Position numbers and translations under genes: made by a program
The notes under the pieces: model-generated
What the model saw: the letters and a program-made list of their open reading frames with translations, nothing else
What the model was told of the DNA's origin: nothing
Database searches by the model: none
DNA from: Eledone cirrhosa
Lineage: Eukaryota
DNA length: 64,000 nt
Assembly (NCBI GenBank): GCA_964016885.1
Contig: OZ024756.1
Span: forward strand, 8,246,001-8,310,000
Reading direction: 5' to 3'
Shown: in pieces, positions 55,901 to 64,000 of the stretch
How the letters are laid out: each line of letters begins with the position of its first letter
How positions within the stretch are numbered: position 1 is the stretch's first letter

Positions 55901-58585
55901 ACATGACCAGTTTACAGTGTGGACTGGGTGCTATTTGTTGTCACCTACATGACCAGTTTACAGTGTGGAGTGGGTGCTATTTGTTGTCACCTACATGACC
56001 AGTTTACAGTGTGGACTGGGTGCTATTTGTTGTCACCTACATGACCAGTTTACAGTGTGGACTGGGTGCTATTTGTTGTCACCTACATGACCAGTCTACA
56101 GTGTGGACTGGGTGCTATTTGTTGTCACCTACATGACCAGTTTACAGTGTGGACTGGGTGCTATTTGTTGTCACCTACATGACCAGATTACAGTGTGGAC
56201 TGGGTGCTATTTGTTGTCACCTACATGACCAGTTTACAGTGAGGACTGGGTGCTATTTCTTGTCACCTACATGACCAGTTTACAGTGTGGACTGGGTGCT
56301 ATTTGTTGTCACCTACATGACCAGTTTACACTGAGGACTGGGTGCTATTTGTTGTCACCTACATGACCACTTTACAGTGTGGACTGGGTGCTACTTGTTG
56401 CCACCTACATGACCACTTTACAGTGTGGACTGGGTGCTATTTGTTGTCACCTACATGACCACTTTACAGTGTGGACTGGGTGCTATTTGTTGTCACCTAC
56501 ACGACCAGTTTACAGTGAGGACTGGGTCCTATTTGTTGTCACCTACATGACCAGTTTACAGTGAGGACTGGGTGCTATTTGTTGTAACCTACACGACCAG
56601 TTTACAGTGTGGACTGGGTGCTATTTGTTGTCACCTACATGACCAGTTTACAGTGAGGACTGGGTGCTATTTGTTGTCACCTACATGACCAGTTTACAGT
56701 GTGGACTGGGTGCTATTTGTTGTCACCTACATGACCAGTTTACAGTGTGGACTGGGTGCTATTTGTTGTCACCTACATGACCAGTTTACAGTGAGGACTG
56801 GGTGCTATTTGTTGTCACCTACATGACCAGTTTACAGTGAGGACTGGGTGCTATTTGTTGTCACCTACATGACCACTTTACAGTGTGGACTGGGTGCTAC
56901 TTGTTGTCACCTACATGACCACTTTACAGTGTGGACTGGGTGCTATTTGTTGTCACCTACATGACCAGTTTACAGTAAGGACTGGGTGCTATTTGTTGTC
57001 ACCTACATGACCACTTTACAGTGTGGACTGGGTGCTATTTGTTGTCACCTACACGACCAGTTTACAGTGTGGACTGGGTGCTATTTCTTGTCACCTACAT
57101 GACCAGTTTACAGTGTGGACTGGGTGCTATTTGTTGTCACCTACATGACCAGTTTACAGAGAGGACTGGGTGCTATTTGTTGTCACCTACATGAACAGTT
57201 TACAGTGAGGACTGGGTGCTATTTGTTGTCACCTACATGAACAGTTTACAGTGAGGACTGGGTGCTATTTCTTGTCACCTACTTGACCAGTTTACAGTGA
57301 GGACTGGGTGCTATTTGTTGTCACCTACATGACCAGTTTACAGTGTGGACTGGGTGCTATTTCTTGTCACCTACATGACCAGTTTACAGTGAGGACTGGG
57401 TGCTATTTGTTGTCACCTACATAACCAGTTTACAGTGTGGACTGGGTGCTATTTCTTGTCACCTACATGACCAGTTTACAGTGAGGACTGGGTGCTATTT
57501 GTTGTCACCTACATGACCAGTTTACAGTGAGGACTGGGTGCTATTTCTTGTCACCTACATGACCAGTTTACAGTGTGGACTGGGTGCTATTTGTTGTCAC
57601 CTACATGACCAGTTTTCAATGAGGACTGGGTGCTATTTGTTGTCACCTACATGACCTGTTTACAGTGTGGACTGGGTGCTATTTGTTGTCACCTACATGA
57701 CCAGTTTACAGTGTGGACTGGGTGCTATTTGTTGTCACCTACATGACCAGTTTACAGTGAGGACTGGGTGCTATTTGTTGTCACCTACATGACCAGTTTA
57801 CAGTGTGGACTGGGTGCTATTTGTTGTCACCTACATGACCAGTTTACACTGAGGACTGGGTGCTATTTGTTGTCACCTACATGACCACTTTACAGTGTGG
57901 ACTGGGTGCTACTTGTTGCCACCTACATGACCACTTTACAGTGTGGACTGGGTGCTATTTGTTGTCACCTACATGACCACTTTACAGTGTGGACTGGGTG
58001 CTATTTGTTGTCACCTACACGACCAGTTTACAGTGAGGACTGGGTGCTATTTGTTGTCACCTACATGACCAGTTTACAGTGAGGACTGGGTGCTATTTGT
58101 TGTAACCTACACGACCAGTTTACAGTGTGGACTGGGTGCTATTTGTTGTCACCTACATGACCAGTTTACAGTGAGGACTGGGTGCTATTTGTTGTCACCT
58201 ACATGACCAGTTTACAGTGTGGACTGGGTGCTATTTGTTGTCACCTACATGACCAGTTTACAGTGTGGACTGGGTGCTATTTGTTGTCACCTACATGACC
58301 AGTTTACAGTGAGGACTGGGTGCTATTTGTTGTCACCTACATGACCAGTTTACAGTGAGGACTGGGTGCTATTTGTTGTCACCTACATGACCACTTTACA
58401 GTGTGGACTGGGTGCTACCTGTTGTCACCTACATGACCACTTTACAGTGTGGACTGGGTGCTATTTGTTGTCACCTACATGACCAGTTTACAGTAAGGAC
58501 TGGGTGCTATTTGTTGTCACCTACATGACCACTTTACAGTGTGGACTGGGTGCTATTTGTTGTCACCTACATGACCAGTTTACAG
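52940..58585 (+). repeat. Tandem duplication of a 2,806-bp unit (61 monomers) containing a 1,518-bp (33-monomer) internal periodicity
   Basis: +2806 offset: 53573>56379, 55091>57897, and the ATGAGC marker ~53005>~55811. 53573>55091 = 1518 = 33x46. Confidence 0.9.
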
Positions 58586-61500
58586 TGAGGACTGGGTGCT
58601 ATTTGTTGTCACCTACATGACCACTTTACAGTGTGGACTGGGTGCTACTTGTTGTCACCTACATGACCACTTTACAGTGTGGACTGGGTGCTATTTGTTG
58701 TCTCCTACATGACCAGTTTACAGTGTGGACTGGGTGCTATTTGTTGTCACCTACATGACCACTTTACAGTGTGGACTGGGTGCTATTTGTTGTCACCTAC
58801 ATGACCAGTTTACAGTGAGGACTGGGTGCTATTTGTTGTCACCTACATGACCACTTTACAGTGTGGACTGGGTGCTACTTGTTGTCACCTACATGACCAC
58901 TTTACAGTGTGGACTGGGTGCTATTTGTTGTCACCTACATGACCAGTTTACAGTGAGGACTGGGTGTTATTTGTTGTCACCTACACGACCACTTTACAGT
59001 GTGGACTGGGTGCTATTTGTTGTCACCTACATGACCAGTTTACAGTGAGGACTGGGTGCTATTTGTTGTCACCTACACGACCAGTTTACAGTGTGGACTG
59101 GGTGCTATTTGTTGTCACCTATATGACCAGTTTACAGTGTGGACTGGGTGCTATTTCTTGCCTCCTACATGACCAGTTTACAGTGAGGACTGGGTGCTAT
59201 TTGTCGTCACCTACATGACCAGTTTACAGTGAGGACTGGGTGCTATTTGTTGTCACCTACATGACCAGTTTACAGTGAGGACTGGGTGCTATTTCTTGTC
59301 ACCTACATGACCAGTTTACAGTGAGGACTGGGTGCTATTTGTTGTCACATACATGACCAGTTTACAGTGAGGACTGGGTGCTATTTGTTGTCACCTACAT
59401 GACCAGTTTACTGTGTGGACTGGGTGCTATTTGTTGTCACCTACATGACCAGTTTACAGTGAGGACTGGGTGCTATTTGTTGTCACCTACATGACCAGTT
59501 TACAGTGAGGACTGGGTGCTATTTGTTGTCACCTACATGACCAGTTTACAGTGTGGACTGGGTGCTATTTGTTGTCACCTACATGACCAGTTTACAGTGA
59601 GGACTGGGTGCTATTTGTTGTCACCTACATGACCACTTTACAGTGTGGACTGGGTGCTATTTGTTGTCACCTACATGACCAGTTTACAGTGAGGACTGGG
59701 TGCTATTTGTTGTCACCTACATGACCAGTTTACAGTGTGGACTGGGTGCTACTTGTTGTCACCTACACGACCAGTTTACAGTGTTGAGGACTGGGTGCTA
59801 TTTGTTGTCTTCTACATGACCACTTTACAGTGTGGACTGGGTGCTATTTGTTGTCACCTACATGACCACTTTACAGTGTGGACTGGGTGCTATTTGTTGT
59901 CACCTACACGACCACTTTACAGTAAGGACTGGGTGCTATTTGTTGTCACCTACAGGACCACTTTACAGTAAGGACTGGGTGCTATTTGTTGTCACCTACA
60001 TGACCGGTTTACAGTGAGGACTGAGTGCTATTTGTTGTCACCTACACGACCAGTTTACAGTGAGGATTGGGTGCTATTTTTGTCACCTACATGACCAGTT
60101 TACAGTGAAGAATGGGTGCTATTTGTTGTCACCTACATGACCACTTAACAAGTAGCACCCAGTCCACACTGTAATCACCTACTTGACCACTTTACAGTGT
60201 GGACTGGGTGCTATTTGTTGTCACCTACATGACCACTTTACAGTGTGGACTGGGTGCTATTTGTTGTCACCTACACGACCAGTTTACAGTGAGGACTGGG
60301 TGCTATTTTTGCCACCTACATGACCAGTTTACAGTGAGGACTGGGTGCTATTTGTTGTCACCTACACGACCAGTTTACTGTGAGGACTGAGTGCTATTTG
60401 TTGTTACCTACATGACCAGTTTACAGTGAGGACTGGGTGCTATTTGTTGTCACCTATATGACTACTTTACAGTGAGGACTGGGTGCTATTTGTTGTCACC
60501 TACACGACCAGTTTACAGTGAGGACTGGGTGCTATTTGTTGTCACCTACATGACCAGTTTACAGTGTGGACTGGGTGCTATTTGTTGTCACCTACACGAC
60601 CAGTTTACAGTGAGGACTGGGTGCTATTTGTTGTCACCTACACGACCAGTTTACAGTGAGGACTGGGTGCTATTTGTTGTCACCTACATGACCTGTTACA
60701 GTGAGGACTGGGTGCTATTTCTTGTCACCTACATTTCCCCTTTACAGTGTGGACTGGGTGCTATTTGTTGTCACCTACATGACCAGTTTACAGTGAGGAC
60801 TGGGTGCTATTTGTTGACACCTACACGACCAGTTTACAGTGAGGACTGGGTACTATTTCTTGTCACCTACATGACCAGTTTACAATGTGGACTGGGTGCT
60901 ATTTGTTGTCACCTACATGACCAGTTTACAATGACGAGTGGGTGCTATTTGTTGTCACCCACATGACCTGTTTACTGTGAGGACTGGGTGCTATTTGTTG
61001 TCACCTACATGACGAGTTTACAGTGAGGACTGGATGCTATTTGTTGTCACCTACACGACCAGTTTACAGTGAGGACTGGGTGCTATTTGTTGTCACCTAC
61101 ATGACTACTTTACAGTGAGGACTGGGTGCTATTTGTTGTCACCTACACGACCAGTTTACAGTGAGGACTGGGTGCTATTTGTTGTCACCTACACGACCAG
61201 TTTACAGTGTGGACTGGGTGCTATTTCTTGTCACCTACATGACCAGTTTACAGTGTGGACTGGGTGCTATTTGTTGTCACCTACACGACCAGTTTACAGT
61301 GTGGACTGGGTGCTATTTGTTGTCACCTACACGACCAGTTTACAGTGTTGACTGGGTGCTATTTCTTGTCACCTACATGACCAGTTTACAGTGTGGACTG
61401 GGTGCTATTTGTTGTCACCTACATGACCAGTTTACAGAGAGGACTGGGTGCTATTTGTTGTCACCTACATGACCAGTTTACAGTGAGGACTGGGTGCTAT

Positions 61501-63950
61501 TTGTTGTCACCTACATGAACAGTTTACAGTGAGGACTGGGTGCTATTTCTTGTCACCTACATGACCAGTTTACAGTGAGGACTGGGTGCTATTTGTTGTC
61601 ACCTGCATGACCAGTTTACAGTGTGGACTGGGTGCTATTTCTTGTCACCTACATGACCAGTTTACAGTGAGGACTGGGTGCTATTTGTTGTCACCTACAT
61701 GACCAGTTTACAATGAGGACTGGGTGCTATTTGTTGTCACCTACATGACCTGTTTACAGTGTGGACTGGGTGCTATTTGTTGTCACCTACACGACCAGTT
61801 TACAGTGTGGACTGGGTGCTATTTGTTGTCACCTACATGACCAGTTTACAGTGTAGACTGGGTGCTATTTGTTGTCACCTACATGACCAGTTTACAGTGA
61901 GGACTGGGTGCTATTTGTTGTCACCTACATGACCAGTTTACAGTGTGGACTGGGTGCTATTTGTTGTCACCTACATGACCAGTTTACACTGAGGACTGGG
62001 TGCTATTTGTTGTCACCTACATGACCACTTTACAGTGTGGACTGGGTGCTACTTGTTGTCACCTACATGACCACTTTACAGTGTGGACTGGGTGCTATTT
62101 GTTGTCACCTACATGACCAGTTTACAGTGTGGACTGGGTGCTATTTGTTGTCGCCTACATGACCAGTTTACAGTGTGGACTGGGTGCTATTTGTTGTCAC
62201 CTACATGACCAGTTTACAGTGAGGACTGGGTGTTATTTGTTGTCACCTACACGACCACTTTACAGTGTGGACTGGGTGCTATTTGTTGTCACCTACATGA
62301 CCAGTTTACAGTGAGGACTGGGTGCTATTTGTTGTCACCTACATGACCAGTTTACAGTGAGGACTGGGTGTTATTTGTTGTCACCTACACGACCACTTTA
62401 CAGTGTGGACTGGGTGCTATTTGTTGTCACCTACATGACCAGTTTACAGTGAGGACTGGGTGCTATTTGTTGTCACCTACATGACCAGTTTACAGTGTGG
62501 ACTGGGTGCTATTTGTTGTCACCTACATGACCAGTTTACAGTGAGGACTGGGTGCTATTTGTTGTCACCTACATGACCAGTTTACAGTGTGGACTGGGTG
62601 CTATTTCTTGTCACCTACATGACCAGTTTACAGTGTGGACTGGGTGCTATTTCTTGTCACCTACATGACCACTTTACAGTGTGGACTGGGTGCTATTTCT
62701 TGTCACCTACATGACCAGTTTACAGTGTGGACTGGGTGCTATTTCTTGTCACCTACATGACCAGTTTACAGTGTGGACTGGGTGCTATTTGTTGTCACCT
62801 ACATGACCAGTTTACAGTGAGGACTGGGTGCTATTTGTTGTCACCTACATGACCAGTTTACAGTGTGGACAGGGTGCTATTTGTTGTCACCTACATGACT
62901 CGTTTACAGTGAGGACTGGGTGCTATTTGTTGTCAGCTACATGACCACCTTACAGTGTGGACTGGGTGCTACTTGTTGTCACCTACATGACCACTTTACA
63001 GTGTGGACTCGGTGCTATTTGTTGTCACCTACATGACCACTTTACAGTGTGGACTGGGTGCTATTTGTTGTCACCTACATGACCAGTTTACAGTGAGGAC
63101 TGGGTGCTATTTGTTGTCACCTACACGACCAGTTTACTGTGAGGACTGAGTGCTATTTGTTGTTACCTACATGACCAGTTTACAGTGAGGACTGGGTGCT
63201 ATTTGTTGTCACCTATATGACTACTTTACAGTGAGGACTGGGTGCTATTTGTTGTCACCTACACGACCAGTTTACAGTGAGGACTGGGTGCTATTTCTTG
63301 TCACCTACATGACCTGTTACAGTGAGGACTGGGTGCTATTTCTTGTCACCTACATGACCCCTTTACAGTGTGGACTGGGTGCTATTTCTTGTCACCTACA
63401 TGACCAGTTTACAGTGAGGACTGGGTGCTATTTGTTGACACCTACACGACCAGTTTACAGTGAGGACTGGGTGCTATTTCTTGTCACCTACATGACCAGT
63501 TTACAGTGCGGACTGGGTGCTATTTGTTGTCACCTACATGACCAGTTTACAATGACGACTGGGTGCTATTTGTTGTCACCCACATGACCTGTTTACTGTG
63601 AGGACTGGGTGCTATTTGTTGTCACCTACATGACGAGTTTACAGTGAGGACTGGATGCTATTTGTTGTCACCTACACGACCAGTTTACAGTGAGGACTGG
63701 GTGCTATTTGTTGTCACCTACATGACTACTTTACAGTGAGGACTGGGTGCTATTTGTTGTCACCTACACGACCAGTTTACAGTGAGGACTGGGTACCATT
63801 TGTTGTCACCTACACGACCAGTTTACACTATGGACTGGGTGCTATTTCTTGTCACCTACATGACCAGTTTACAGTGTGGACTGGGTGCTATTTGTTGTCA
63901 CCTACACGACCAGTTTACAGTGTGGACTGGGTGCTATTTGTTGTCACCTA
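57035..63950 (+). repeat. ~6.9 kb block, copy 2 of the 56,605-bp-offset pair
   Basis: Same variant order as 430-7345, with more than a dozen private differences, including the micro-inversion. Confidence 0.93.
60146..60174 (-). other. In-place micro-inversion (27-29 bp) of part of a satellite monomer
   Basis: TAACAAGTAGCACCCAGTCCACACTGTAA is the exact reverse complement of TTACAGTGTGGACTGGGTGCTACTTGTTA at 3541-3569 (offset 56605). Flanks CCACT and TCACCTACTTG are unchanged and there is no net length change. Confidence 0.97.
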
Positions 63951-64000
63951 CACGACCAGTTTACAGTGTTGACTGGGTGCTATTTCTTGTCACCTACATG

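Larger units (their letters stand above)
1..64000 (+). repeat. 46-bp tandem satellite array (~1,390 monomers, head-to-tail, open at both window ends)
   Basis: Monomer AGTGAGGACTGGGTGCTATTTGTTGTCACCTACATGACCAGTTTAC (1-46) recurs every 46 bp throughout, usually with 0-3 substitutions. Common dimorphisms are GTGAGG/GTGTGG, CCAGT/CCACT, CATG/CACG and TTTGTT/TTTCTT. No unique intervening sequence was seen. Confidence 0.99.

Noticed and set aside
26095-56528. Isolated private substitutions (26095 T>A, 30323 G>T, 48448 A>C, 56528 G>C) as dating markers
   Set aside because: Singletons cannot be told apart from consensus errors without reads, so I did not use them to estimate ages.
60146-60174. Foreign insertion, transposon footprint or recombinase-controlled invertible switch
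   Set aside because: The segment is entirely satellite-derived with no length change or target-site duplication. There are no long perfect inverted repeats and no recombinase gene in the window.
335-63972. About 100 short + strand ORFs (61-180 aa) with repeating DWVLFVVTYMTSLQCGLGAICCHLHDQFTVRTGCYLLSPT
   Set aside because: They are translations of the 46-bp repeat and mostly begin at GTG. Their length depends only on where CACG and GTGTGG variants remove TGA codons. They overlap in different frames and show no unique domain or codon-position bias.
1-64000. CRISPR array or other repeat-spacer system
   Set aside because: The repeats are directly contiguous with no unique spacers, leader or cas genes. 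The variable segment differs by only 1-3 bases between units.
1-64000. A/T and G/C dimorphisms as an information-bearing code; CCACT is nearly always followed by GTGTGG
   Set aside because: The recurring patterns are explained by block duplication and linkage by descent. Nothing indicates a readout mechanism.
1-64000. Telomeric repeat or G-quadruplex array
   Set aside because: There is only one GG and one GGG tract per 46 bp and no short telomere-like unit.

Overview
The whole 64 kb window is one uninterrupted head-to-tail satellite array of about 1,390 copies of a 46-bp monomer (consensus AGTG[A/T]GGACTGGGTGCTATTTGTTGTCACCTACATGACCA[G/C]TTTAC, about 46% GC). The array runs off both ends of the window. 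I see no credible gene, RNA gene, transposon or CRISPR array. All listed ORFs are translations of the repeat, which cycles through the three frames every 138 bp. Rare monomer variants act as barcodes and reveal nested higher-order duplications of 10/11, 33-36, 61, 70, 116, 140, 154 and 172 monomers, plus long-range paralogy at offsets of about 26.6, 31.8-31.9 and 56.6 kb. The only break in orientation I found is a 27-29 bp in-place micro-inversion at 60146-60174, whose un-inverted counterpart is visible at 3541-3569. Other mutational signatures are tandem dinucleotide substitutions to TT/AA, CpG-type decay and quasi-palindrome-extending variants. I cannot name the organism or satellite family; the architecture resembles eukaryotic (peri)centromeric or heterochromatic satellite DNA. 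I found no evidence of a new protein-coding system. Block boundaries are approximate (one to a few monomers) because they were read by eye and from the ORF track.
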